From the NCBI GenBank assembly GCA_030264375.1, contig JASCQW010000001.1, forward strand, positions 149,623,031 through 149,687,030: a stretch of DNA of 64,000 bases, written 5' to 3'. The stretch is from Carcharhinus longimanus (Eukaryota). Under the pieces are notes generated by a model. That model did no database searches, was not told the origin of the DNA, and worked only from the letters and a program-made list of their open reading frames with translations. Made by a program: the position numbers and the translations under genes. Of the stretch, positions 35,530 to 47,385 are shown in pieces (position 1 is the first letter of the stretch; every line of letters starts with the position of its first letter).

Positions 35530-35815
35530 ACACGGTAGCAGAGTGGTTAGCACTGCTGCCTCACAGCTCCAGGGACCCGGGTTCGATTTCTGGCGTGGAT
35601 CACTGTCTGTCTGCAATTTGTACATTCTCTCTGTGTCTGTGTGGGTTTCCTTCCACAGTCCAAAGATATGCTGGTTAGGTGCATTGGCCATGCTAAATTC
35701 TCCCTCAGTGTACCCAAACAGGTGCAGGAATGTGGTGACTAAGGGATTTTCACAGTAACTTCACTGCAGTGCTAAAATAAGCCTACTTGTGTCTAATAAA
35801 TAAATAAACTTAAGA
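35530..35815 (+). mobile_element. V-SINE, tail B
   Basis: GTGGTTAGCACTGCTGCCTCACAGC head; TAAATTCTCCCTCAGTGTACC..TTTTCACAGTAACTTC..AATAAATAAATAAACTT tail. Confidence 0.88.
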
Positions 35816-36081
35816 CTTTAAGATAAACTTCTCTCCACAGGTGCTGCTGGCCCTGCTGAGGTTTTCCAGCTTCTTGTTTTTTTTAAATAAAGTTTCACCT
35901 GTTGTGTTCCAACAGTGAGGATGTATTTCCTCTGTGAAAAGTGAAACAATAACATAAACTGGCGCTTTATGCTTATCTGTCAGTTATCCAGCATTTTCTC
36001 TTCTAAATTGAATAACAATTTGCCTTTGAACAGTGCCGTGCCTGAACCGATGCCTACTTTCCATTGATTTGGGAAGATCAT

Positions 36082-36395
36082 CACAGAATCATAGATACAC
36101 TGCAGTGTAGAATGAGGCCACTTAGCCCATCAAGGCCAACAATCCCAACCAACCCCTATCCCTGTAACCCCACATGTTTACCCTGCCAACCCCCCTGATA
36201 CTAAGGGGAAATTTAGCATGGCCAATCAATCTAACCTGCACATCTTTGGAGCGTGGGAGGAAACCAGAGCACTTGGAAGAAACGCACGCAAGCATGGGGT
36301 GAATGCGCAAACTCCACACACACAGTCACCTGAGACCAGAATTGAACACAGGTCCCTGGCGCCATGAGGCAGCAATGTTAACCACTGTGCCGACC
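36082..36395 (-). mobile_element. HE1-like V-SINE, tail A
   Basis: Head, V core and (ATTCTATG)-like tail in reverse. Confidence 0.85.
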
Positions 36396-36495
36396 AGATG
36401 TTGACTCATTCTACATATTACCCTCATTGTCAACAGAGGGAAGGAATATCATCCATCCTGTACTAAAATTCTGCTTCTTGTGTTGAAAAGACTAT

Positions 36496-38276
36496 GGGGG
36501 TGATTCTCCCAACCTGCTGCATTGTTCTAGCAGCACAATGGGCCAGAAGACATCAGCAGAGGCCATTTTACCGGCTTCCCGCTGGTCAGCTGGGCGTCCA
36601 CGTGTCTCTGGCATCAAGATTTTCAGTGGCCTCAGTACCACACTGGAAATCGGTGCGGAGTTGATTTCAATATTATAATCGTGATTAGCATTTTATAAGT
36701 GAGCCTGGGACTGAAGGCTTCGGGTCTTCTAGCATTTCCCCTGTCCCCCGTCAGGAATAGTTCACCCCAGCAGGGTTTACAACAGCTCCCCATTCATGGG
36801 GAACAGGAGGCCTGACCCTACTGGAGTGAAGAGAGGCCACTGGGGTACCCCAGGAGGTTTGGGGTAAGGTGGGTGCCATTTGGGCAATGCCAGTCTGGCA
36901 CTGCCAGTGAGGCACCCTGGCACCGCCCAAGGGACAAACTAACAATGCCCAATGTCCAATGGGCGGTGACAAGGGTGTGGGGACAGAGGGGATGGGACTT
37001 ATTTGGGGGTAGGTCCTATTGGGGGAGAATGATAGGGACCCATTGTCAGAGGATTGTAGGAAGAGGGAGGGAAGAGGAGATCAGGGCTGGCTATTCGGGT
37101 GAAGTGGGTGTGGCTGTTGGATGGGTTGGGGCTGCCAGGCATGGGAGAGATCAGGTCTGTCAGGTGCGGGGCTGGGGGGTAAGATTGGGAGATTGGGGCT
37201 GGCTGGGTGGAGGGTCAGGGAGATTGAGGCTGGCCTGGAGAGGTCCAGGAGGTCTGCGATTGGAGGGTGGAGGGGTCAGAGAGGCAGTGATGGGGGATCA
37301 NNNNNNNNNNNNNNNNNNNNNNNNNNNNNNNNNNNNNNNNNNNNNNNNNNNNNNNNNNNNNNNNNNNNNNNNNNNNNNNNNNNNNNNNNNNNNNNNNNNN
37401 NNNNNNNNNNNNNNNNNNNNNNNNNNNNNNNNNNNNNNNNNNNNNNNNNNNNNNNNNNNNNNNNNNNNNNNNNNNNNNNNNNNNNNNNNNNNNNNNNNNN
37501 NNNNNNNNNNNNNNNNNNNNNNNNNNNNNNNNNNNNNNNNNNNNNNNNNNNNNNNNNNNNNNNNNNNNNNNNNNNNNNNNNNNNNNNNNNNNNNNNNNNN
37601 NNNNNNNNNNNNNNNNNNNNNNNNNNNNNNNNNNNNNNNNNNNNNNNNNNNNNNNNNNNNNNNNNNNNNNNNNNNNNNNNNNNNNNNNNNNNNNNNNNNN
37701 NNNNNNNNNNNNNNNNNNNNNNNNNNNNNNNNNNNNNNNNNNNNNNNNNNNNNNNNNNNNNNNNNNNNNNNNNNNNNNNNNNNNNNNNNNNNNNNNNNNN
37801 NNNNNNNNNNNNNNNNNNNNNNNNNNNNNNNNNNNNNNNNNNNNNNNNNNNNNNNNNNNNNNNNNNNNNNNNNNNNNNNNNNNNNNNNNNNNNNNNNNNN
37901 NNNNNNNNNNNNNNNNNNNNNNNNNNNNNNNNNNNNNNNNNNNNNNNNNNNNNNNNNNNNNNNNNNNNNNNNNNNNNNNNNNNNNNNNNNNNNNNNNNNN
38001 NNNNNNNNNNNNNNNNNNNNNNNNNNNNNNNNNNNNNNNNNNNNNNNNNNNNNNTGCACAATTTTAGCTTAGACAGATCAGCGCATGCACAGTGGCCTGT
38101 TCAGAGCTATACTGCCAGGCTCTCCAAAGAAATAGGCCCCATCCTTTCCTTTTTGGAGGGAATCTCACTGAGGTACTCTGCAGTGCTCAGAGTGTCGGAA
38201 ATTCAATCTGAAAATCCTGCTAAAAAATCCGGTGGGAGTTATTCCCATTTTCACACGAATTGGGAGAATCCCAGCC
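36496..38276. mobile_element. Larger non-autonomous DNA element with a G-rich interior (spans 754-N gap)
   Basis: GGGGGTGATTCTCCCAA ... TTGGGAGAATCCCAGCC inverted ends of the same type as the MITE TIRs. Continuity across the gap is assumed. Confidence 0.45.
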
Positions 38277-39049
38277 AATATATAAAACGCAAATAGCAAC
38301 CATAAAATAAACACCATGACTGAGTTGCAGCTTTCAAGTGAATCTAAGTCTTTTTTTTAGAAATCATATAGCGTTGATTTGATTTTTACTCTCTTTTCGT
38401 TTGGAAACAAAGTATGATTTGTGCTCAATGTGTTTGCATGACAGAGGCAATGTGACACATGTGAAACGGTGCTAATGTTGATAACGGCGCAAGACGTGTA
38501 AATATTCAACATCGGGGAAGGGCTGATATAGCCTCTGTTTGACAGCAGATTAGCAGTAAACAAATTATTTGGTGAGCACTGTCAACAAATAAATTCAGTT
38601 ATTACATTTATGACGAGCCAATCCATCAGGATCCACGTTATTGGAATTCAATCAAATAATGTCAGAACCTTCATGTAATATTTGAGAATTTTAATGTTCT
38701 GATATTTTCAGCCTTGCTGATGTTAGCTGTCCATCAAAGTCAGCCTTCCTGTTTGTTTTTTCCTTGCTTTATTGATGGCTAAAAACCATAGAACTGCAAA
38801 TGGCGTGTAGTCTGCAATGAGGTTGACAAGGGAATTTATATGATCTTTGATAAGAGATCATGTCATATATGAATACCAAAGCAGAGGGATTTTTTTGGCA
38901 CAGTTAATAGCTAAAAATCATACTTGGGAAAAAGTTAAAGTATTAGAAATGGGCTTGTTGACAATGCTATCACAAACAACATAGAAATAGTTAAATCTTC
39001 ATTGATTTTCACACAAGTGCTGTTTAATTTTCCCGAAAGTTAGCAACAA

Positions 39050-39490
39050 TCATGAATAGAAACCTACAGTGCAGAAGGAGGCAATTCGGCCCATCAAGTC
39101 TACACCTACAACAATCCCACCTAGGCCCTATACTTGTAACCCCCAATCATTTGCCCTAGTTCGTCCCCTGACATTAAGAGGCAATTTAGCATGGCCGGTC
39201 CACCTAACCTGCACATCTTTGGCCTGTGGGAGGAAAAATGTATTTATTAGTCACAAGTAGGCTCGCATTCACACTGCAATGAAGTTACTGTGAAAATCCA
39301 CTAGTCGCCACACTCTGGTGCTGTTCAGGTACACTGAGGGAGAATTTAACATGGCCTGGAGCACTGGAGGAAACCCATGCAGACACGGGGAGAATGTGCA
39401 AACTCCACACACACAGACCCAAGCCAGGAATTGAACCTAGGTCCCTGACGCTGTGAGGCAGCAGTGCTAATCACTATGCTACTGTGCTGC
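39050..39490 (-). mobile_element. V-SINE (tail A) with a tail-B segment inserted in its core
   Basis: Tail A at 39050-39237, tail B at ~39238-39356, core and head at ~39357-39490. Confidence 0.8.
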
Positions 39491-40324
39491 TCTAGAATAG
39501 ATATTACTTCTCAGTGATACATGCTGCCATTGAAACTTTTAGATCAGAGTTAGGTTTTTTTAACTATCTGAATACAGACTCAGCCTATTTTTTAATATTT
39601 TGATTTAACTTGTTCCTCCTGTTTCAATAACTCTTTCATGGCTTGATGTCTATTGACATTAGAAACATCTGGTGGGATGACAAGGAGTCAGATTTTCCCA
39701 CTGTAGGCAGGAATCAATAGAAGGGATTGCTCCCCTGTCATGATCTGATTTCCACTGCCAGCAAGCAGGATTTTTCCAAGGGTTGAGGCCTTAATTGGCC
39801 TGGAAATGAGTCTGCCACCTTGTTAGCAAAAGCTAAGGCAAGAACAAAAGCCAGAATTTTCAGGTGTCAGACACCTCACCATTCGCTGCTGGCGAAAATG
39901 GGAGAATTTAGCGCTCAGCCAAATCTCCATTCACAGCAGCAAGATCAGAGAATCCCAACCAGAGACTCTAGAATGGCAAATTTAAGAGGCCTGTCTCCCT
40001 TCCTTCCTTGGTGGTAAGAAGCCTGCTCATTTAATTCTCAGGATCTTAGACATAAAGATTCAGTGAAAATAATCATTATGCAGAATTGTGCACCAAATTG
40101 GTCTTTAAAAACAAGTATAGAAACCCTCTTATAGTAGGCAGTCATTTGGTCAATTGTTGTGAAATGCTCATTACCACAGTTACATCAATGATCTTTTACT
40201 TGGCAGCTTGTTAGTTGGCTGGATTTAGAATAATTAACAGTAAGAATCTGATTTAGTGTTCATTTTTTTGATGAAAATAATATGTTCCTTTTGGTAAGTT
40301 AGACTGCTGCAATACATATCACCC

Positions 40325-40572
40325 CATCATACCATAGAATCCCTACAGTACAGAAGGAGGCCATTCAGCCCATCACGTCTGCACCGACTACAATCCCACC
40401 AAGGCCCCATTCCCATAACCCTGCATATTTACCCTGCTAATCCCCCTGACACTAGGGTCAATTTAGCGTGGCCAATCAATCTAATCCACACAACTTTGGA
40501 CTGTGGAAGGAAACTAGAGCACCTGGAGGAAACCCACACAGACACAGGGAGAAATTGTAAACTCCACACAAG
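40325..40572 (-). mobile_element. HE1-like V-SINE, tail A, 5'-truncated
   Basis: CATAGAATCCCTACAGTACAGAAGGAGGCCATTC ... AAACTCCACAC. Confidence 0.85.
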
Positions 40573-41761
40573 GTTAAGCAACTGCCCTGGTATCATCTTG
40601 GTATCACCCTGCAACTATCCAAAATGAAATCAATTGCAAGCAATTTGTCCTCATCACGGCCAAAGCTAGTAATTTCCACAATGTGTCTAATAATTGCAAG
40701 TAAAAAGTGGAAAAATACCTTGTTTAATGGGTAATTAGTCTTCCATTCACAACACTGTCATGATTCACCTCAATGAACACATATAAAAATCACGCTGCAA
40801 TATTCATAATTTTCTGATGAGCTATCAAAAAGGCAAAACTTTTTTTTGCTTAATGTTGGGACTCTTCCATCCCAATGTTTTCAACTTCATGCAGCTGGTG
40901 TGAATCCCGACAGTTCTTGAACTTCACCAACGTCGTTCCAAATTGCAAATCATTCCTGTGATGGGTCCTCAATAAGCCAGCAATGATGTAAGGGAGCTTG
41001 TTCATGGAAGCTGGACTGTTTGGGGCCCACTCCTGCCCCTGCCCTCGGACAGCGGTGAGGATACAATTTTCAGCCACACCACTCAGTGGTCACTTAGCTT
41101 GCTGCCCTGCCTCTGGACAGCAGAATTCCAAGCCCATGTCACTGTTTAGCATCTCACCCGAAAGGTGGCATCTCCACCTTGCAGTATTTCCACGGGACTT
41201 CACATTGCTATCAATCAGGGCTCTACAATGGGCTTGAACCCCCGATCACTACCGCCAACCCAAGGCTGACAGCCGGAACATACCATCCCAGGCTGGCATC
41301 CTTACCAAGAAAAATATCATTGCCAGGGATCCACTCGGTCTATTTCTTCTCACCCATTGCATAATATTCTGCCGGAAGTGACATCAGCCATCCAATACAC
41401 CCACACAGTTTTAAAGGACATATTATAAAGATGAGAATTACTCATATTTCTTATTGTTCATACCATTCAAAACAAGAGGGCAGGAATACTGTTCATTCTT
41501 CCACAGAAAGATGATTTAAAATTAAAATTGCAAGTGAGTGGGGAATTGAACAGAGTGCATGACTCAACTCTGCAGCTCTGATTCCCAACTCCTCATTTAG
41601 AAGCAATTAGATCCAGCTCTTGTTGAATGAGGACTGTCACTGTGATTATCTATTTCCCTAAAGTGGCTGCCCCTTCACAACATCCAGTCCGACTGCAGCT
41701 CAAAGGCTGCCACATTATAGGAAGGGTGTGATTGCACCGCAGGGGGTGCAGAGGAGATTGA

Positions 41762-42775
41762 TACTGGAATATACCTAAATAACAAAGATACCTACGTCAG
41801 ACTCCTATTTATTGACTACAGCCCAGCCTTCAACATCATTATTCCAACAAAACTCATCTCCAAACTCCATAACATGGGGCTTGGCTCTTCCCTCTGCCAC
41901 TGGATCCAAGATCACAATCAGTAAGAGTAGGCAACAACACATCCTCCATGATCATCCTCAACACTGGTGCCCCACAAGGCTGTGTTCTCAGCCCCTCTTT
42001 ATACTCCTTATACCCCTCTGACTATGTGACCAAATTCCCCTCCAATTCGCTCTTTAAGTTTGTGGATGACACCACCCATAGTGGGTTGGATCTCCACCAA
42101 TGATGAAACAGAGTACAAGAAAGAGACAGAGAATCTGGTGAACTGGTGTGATGACAATAATCTCTCCGTCAATGTCAGCAAAGCAAAGGAGATAGTCATT
42201 GACTTCAGGAAGTGTAATGGGGGACTTGCCCTGTCTATGTCAATGGAGGTTAAGTGGAAATGATCGAGAGTTTTATGTTTCAAGGTGTCTAGATCACCAA
42301 CAACTTCGTCCCTCCATGCTGATACAATAGTTAAAAAAGCCCACCAATGCCTCTATTTCTCAGGAGGCTAAGGAAATTTGGCATGTCCACTACGACTCTC
42401 ACTAGTTTTTACAGATGCACCATAGAAAGCAACCTTTCCGGATGTACCATAGCTTGGTATGGTGCCTCCTCTGTCCTAGACCTCAAGAAACTAGAAAAGG
42501 TTGTGAACAAAGCCCAATCCATCACACAAACCAGCTTTCCAGCCATTGACTCTGTCTATACTTCCCACTGCCTCGGAAAAGCAGCCAGCTAAATCAAGGA
42601 TCCCATATACCCCAGACATAGACTCTTTCATCTTCTTCCATTGGGAAAAAGATACAAAAGCCCGAGGACAAGTACTAACCAACTCAAGAACACCTTCCCT
42701 GCTGCCAACAGACCTTTGAATGGATCTACCTTGCATTAAATTGATCTTTCTCAACTCTCTAGCTATGACTGTAAT
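41762..42775 (+). mobile_element. Rex1/Babar LINE RT/3' fragment
   Basis: [43 protein letters not shown] (TGAPQGCVLSP), NLVNWCDDNNLSVNVSKAKEIVIDFRK, FLRRLRKFGMS. Confidence 0.9.
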
Positions 42776-43869
42776 ACCAACAGCAGTTACAGGACAAAAG
42801 CTCAACCCTCATCCTTATGGAATCTATCATCATGAAGCCACATTACAATTAATGAAACTGGCAATGGATCTGTCTCCCCATCCTGGTTCTGTAACAAAGG
42901 AAGATCCATTATATCTGCAGAGGCACTAATAGGCACCAACTATCTCTTAAGGTGAACAAGAGACTTTGACCCGAAGCACAGAAATTGACTTTTACCCTGG
43001 AACTAATTCAACAATGGGCTACATCACCTGAGCTAAACTTCTGTCCTTTGGGAAATCTTAATATTACATTTCTCAAGTCTCAACTTGCTCTCCTTTTAAG
43101 TCTGCAGAAACCACAGCAGGTCTCCAGGCTGACCAACAGCCTGCACCAAGGCTAAGCCTCCCTCTCTGGAATATTCTTGCCACCGGCTGCAGAACAGACC
43201 ATGTCCCTGTCTACCAATCTCATCTTGCTCTGCCAAAACTAACTTTCAATGTATGTTGCAACTTCTGCTTCAGCTAGCTGAAGCTGCCTGAATGGAGTTA
43301 CTCAATGAAGGCACACATTCTAGACTCTTGCAATCATGTGAACTGATAACTATACCTATGGTTCTCTCCTTACTTCTCTTTTAAGTTATTCATAGTGGTA
43401 AAAATCCTCTTTCCAACCTTCTTATTGTGTTCCTGTGTGTCTATGTGAAGTTGAGACCATCCCCTGGATCTGAATATGTGAATGAATGAGATTTTGTTGT
43501 CAGTCCCTTTGAAAATTGACCTTCAAAACAGAGGGTTTGAGGAAGCGCGCCACACCCTACTTCAAAAAATTACAACATTTCTGCTTACAGACAGATAGTG
43601 AGAAAACAAACGAGTTCACGTATGCCTCCCTTCCCTATCCAGAACAGGAGGCAGAACTGAAGAGAAATATTTTGAAGGGGCTTTCAAAGAAGAAGAATAG
43701 CAAGATGGAGAGTCTGGGAGGAGGTGGTTTTTTGTAGAGACTAGAACTGTGACAGTTGAGTGCTCTGATACCTAGAATAGAATAGAGGAAGGGCTGCACT
43801 TAAGGCCAAATTAGAGAATGAAAGGTCCATAACATAGGTTGCTGAGGTAAACCGGGCAACAAAATTACA

Positions 43870-44230
43870 TTTTTTTATTCATTAGTGGGACATGGGTATC
43901 ACCGGCTGGCCAGCATTTATTGTCTATTCCTAGTTCCCTCTGAATTGAGGGTAGCTGAGAGTCAACCACATTGCTGTGGCTCTGTGGTCACATGTAGGCC
44001 ATACTAGGGAACAATGGCAGATTTCCTTCCCTGAAGGACATTAGTGAACCAAATGGGGTTTTCTGACAATTGGGAATGATCTCATGGTCATCAGTAGATT
44101 TTTAATTCCAGGTTTTTTAAATGAATTCAGACTTCACCATCTTCTGTGGCAGGATTCAAGCCCAGATGCCCAGAACATTAGTTGAGTTTCTGGATTAGTA
44201 TTGTAATGATAATAAGCAATCGCCTCCCCT
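43870..44230 (-). mobile_element. SINE family C
   Basis: Reverse match to 24775-25160; a further partial copy lies at ~44690-44880. Confidence 0.8.
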
Positions 44231-44247
44231 TCACATCTGTAGACAAG

Positions 44248-44548
44248 AGGTCACGGTGGCACAGTGGTTAGCACTGCTACTTCACAGAGCCGGGGATGTT
44301 TGATTCCTGGCTTGGGCCACTGTCTGTGTGGAGTCTGCATGTTCTCCCCATGTCTATGTAGGTTTCCTCTGGGTGCTCCAGTTGCCTCCCACAGTCTGAA
44401 AGACATGCTGGTTAGGTGCACTGGCCATGCTAAATTCTCCCTCAGTGTACCTGAACAAGCACCTGAGTGTGGTGACTTGGGGATTTTCACAGTGACTTCA
44501 TTGCAGTGTTAATGTAAGCCTACTTGTGACATTAATAACTAAACTTTA
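44248..44548 (+). mobile_element. V-SINE, tail B
   Basis: Head, V core, TTTTCACAGTGACTTCATTGCAGTGTTAATGTAAGCCTACTTGTGACA tail. Confidence 0.88.
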
Positions 44549-45674
44549 AGAGTTAATTGAGAAATGAGAATCTATTGGATATCAGTGAATATACAGGAGA
44601 GCATATGAGCCTTGAGAACTGAATTTGGCATGCCCTTTATGAGTAGGAAGCATTGACTTGTGGGAAGTAGACCTATGGAAAGGACAACAAATTTTCTTCC
44701 CTAAAGGGCATTGGTGAACCAGATGGGTTTTTCCAACAACAGCAATGGCTTCATGGTCATCAGCAGATTTTTTTATTGAATTCAAATTCCACCATCTGCT
44801 GTGGCAGGATTCAAACTCAGAACATTAGCTGAGTCCCTGGATTAAAAGTCTAGCGATAATACCACTAGGCCAACACCTTCTCTATGAACAGTATGTTTTG
44901 TCAAGGAACAATACTTTTCATTGTATGTTAATATGTGTGACAATAATAAGTCAAATCAAATCAAATTTCCTCTATTGCAAGCTTGGTTGAATTACTCAAA
45001 GCCTCAGAACTTATTGTGGATAAAACGTCCACAGCCATACTGACGTGACCTTTATTTGTGCTGTGGATGTGTGGAACTGTTCATCAGTTTAGGGTTCCAC
45101 ATTGAGGGCAATAGCTGTTTTAATATTGACATCTCTGGCTCCCTCCTTGACTTGTCAGTAGATTATATGGACAGGTTGAGAATGGTGAAATTAAGAAGTC
45201 ATTATAATAGTCAATGAGAGCCTTGCTACTTGAAGAATGCTATCTAATCTTAAATCATGAATTGCTGAGGGTTTGGATAGGGTAGTGAGTCTCTGGTGAA
45301 TTCATTGTTTTGGCTGTTTGTGCAGATACTCAAATTTCAACATGGATTTTATAATTAGGTTTGAATCAATCACCAAAAGCAAAATTGGAATTAATTTGTG
45401 AGTATTGATTCTGGACTGATTGTAACTTAGATTGAAAAACAACTTTAACCAACTTGCATTAATAATGTCTTCGATATACTAATAGCTCTCCATTTTGAAT
45501 GAAGGGCTGGCTACATTAGTATGGTCTCTGCTCTCATGGAAAAAGTAACCTGCTGCAGTTGTGTTACATGCCTGGAAAATGTATTGGGATGATTGGGATT
45601 ATTTTTTAAAAACTTGAGGGAATGATTTATTTTGTGGTTTCTGTACAGAGAGGGACTAATTCCTTTAACGTTTT

Positions 45675-45965
45675 TAAAATTTATTTATTAATGCAACAAG
45701 TAGGCTTACATTAACAATGCAATGAAGTTACTGCGAAACTCGCCACACTCTGGCCTCTTTTCAGGCACGCTGAGGGAGAATTTTTTTATCATGTCCAATG
45801 CACCTGACTAGCATGTCTTTTGGACTGTGGAAGGAAACCAGAGCACCTGAAGGAAACCAATGTAGATATGGGGAGACAATGCAGACTCCACATAGACAGT
45901 AACTCAAGCTGGGAGTCAAACTGGAATCCATGGCATTGTGAGGCAGCAGGGCTAACCACTGCAAC
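45675..45965 (-). mobile_element. V-SINE, tail B
   Basis: ACAAGTAGGCTTACATTAAC..GCAATGAAGTTACTG tail and head in reverse. Confidence 0.85.
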
Positions 45966-47189
45966 ATTTGCAACAACCCTCTTGCCAAAATAAAGTAATA
46001 CTGAGTTACATGACTTTAAATAATCTAAGTACATGATACATCTTTAGAAATCATCTGTGTGTGTATGTGGAGAAGGTGCTTGTTGTAATTACATCTTAGA
46101 CATTGTGAAAAGTAAATGTTTTACCTTTTGCTTGATTTAAACTTAGAAGAGAACCTGTTTTGTGCCTATTCTGAAAAAATAACAGGACTCAAGGGATTAA
46201 AACACTTATCCTCTAAAATACCTCTTGTTACAATTGGTTGAGAGGTGGGAAAGGGGGAAAATAATCATACATCCCTCCTGTTTCTGTAACAAGCAAAGTA
46301 CAAGATACATTTTGAGGATGTATTTACGAGTAAAGTGAATCAACATCAAGGTCATCTTGACTTTGCAATCTTTTTGATTGTGGATCCTAGGTGTTAAAAT
46401 CATTGTGATCGGGGAATGATGTTGGCACTGAAATTGCTGAGTTACCATAGATATGTGCATCGGAATACATGTACAGCATCTAATTATATATTTTATAAAG
46501 TATTAAGCAAGTTAATGATTTAATTGGGACTGTGATAACAGCCCCAAGGTAGGAACGTGGGCAAAAGTCAGTACCTGCTCCTATTTTTAGCAAACACAAA
46601 TTCTAAATTCAAAGGTCAAGTGCTGCAAACATGAACACATTCAGTAAATGAGATAGAAATTCAACTAGGCTTGAGCAAGATCAACTCAGTAATACCATAA
46701 TAGTGTCTGTTAATAAGGTTGCTATAGAATTATTAAACAAAATCTCCTTGTAAATCCAAAGGTCAGCATTTACCTTGGGTAACCCATCAAGCAATATGCT
46801 GTGTTAAATGAGGAGCCAACATTTAATACAATTTTATATCATTTCAATCAAATAAAAGTTGAGAATAATATCAAAGCAGGCATGACTTTGCATTCTAATC
46901 TTTCAATAAAGCACCAAACAAATCTGTTTATAGATTTCTGCCCACTGGAAGGAAAACAGCTTTTCAAAATGTTGGATTGTATCCAAGATGATATGTTTTG
47001 TTTGTTTTATTTTATGAATCTTAATTTTATTGTAACCATTGATCGCTCACTTGCCCTCTGTTCAGTTGCAATAGAGGCAACACTCAGGAAAATGACTTAC
47101 TCTCAGATTTTCAGCATCATTTTCCTGTAAAGAGTTGCCTGAGAGTGGCAAGGAGCGACTCACCGATCCAACAACCTCGGCTTTAAATT

Positions 47190-47385
47190 TTAAACTTAAG
47201 TTTATTTATTTATTAGAAATCAATACATTAACAGTGCAATGAAGTTACTGTGAAAATCCCCTAATCGCCACACTGTGACACCTGTTTGGTACACAGAGGG
47301 AGAATTTTCTTCATATGGCCAATGCACCTAACCAGCTCACCTTTCAGACTGTGAGTGGAAACCAGAGCACCCGGAGGAAACCTGG
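47190..47385 (-). mobile_element. V-SINE, tail B, 5'-truncated
   Basis: GCAATGAAGTTACTGTGAAAATCCCCTAATCGCCACAC..GGAAACCAGAGCACCCGGAGGAAACC. Confidence 0.8.

Noticed and set aside
36873-38296. Long ORFs of 253-399 aa
   Set aside because: Open only because of the N-run and G-rich low-complexity sequence.
42780-43650. Possible long solo LTR (also ~47390-48420)
   Set aside because: Could not define TG..CA ends, a TSD or a second copy.
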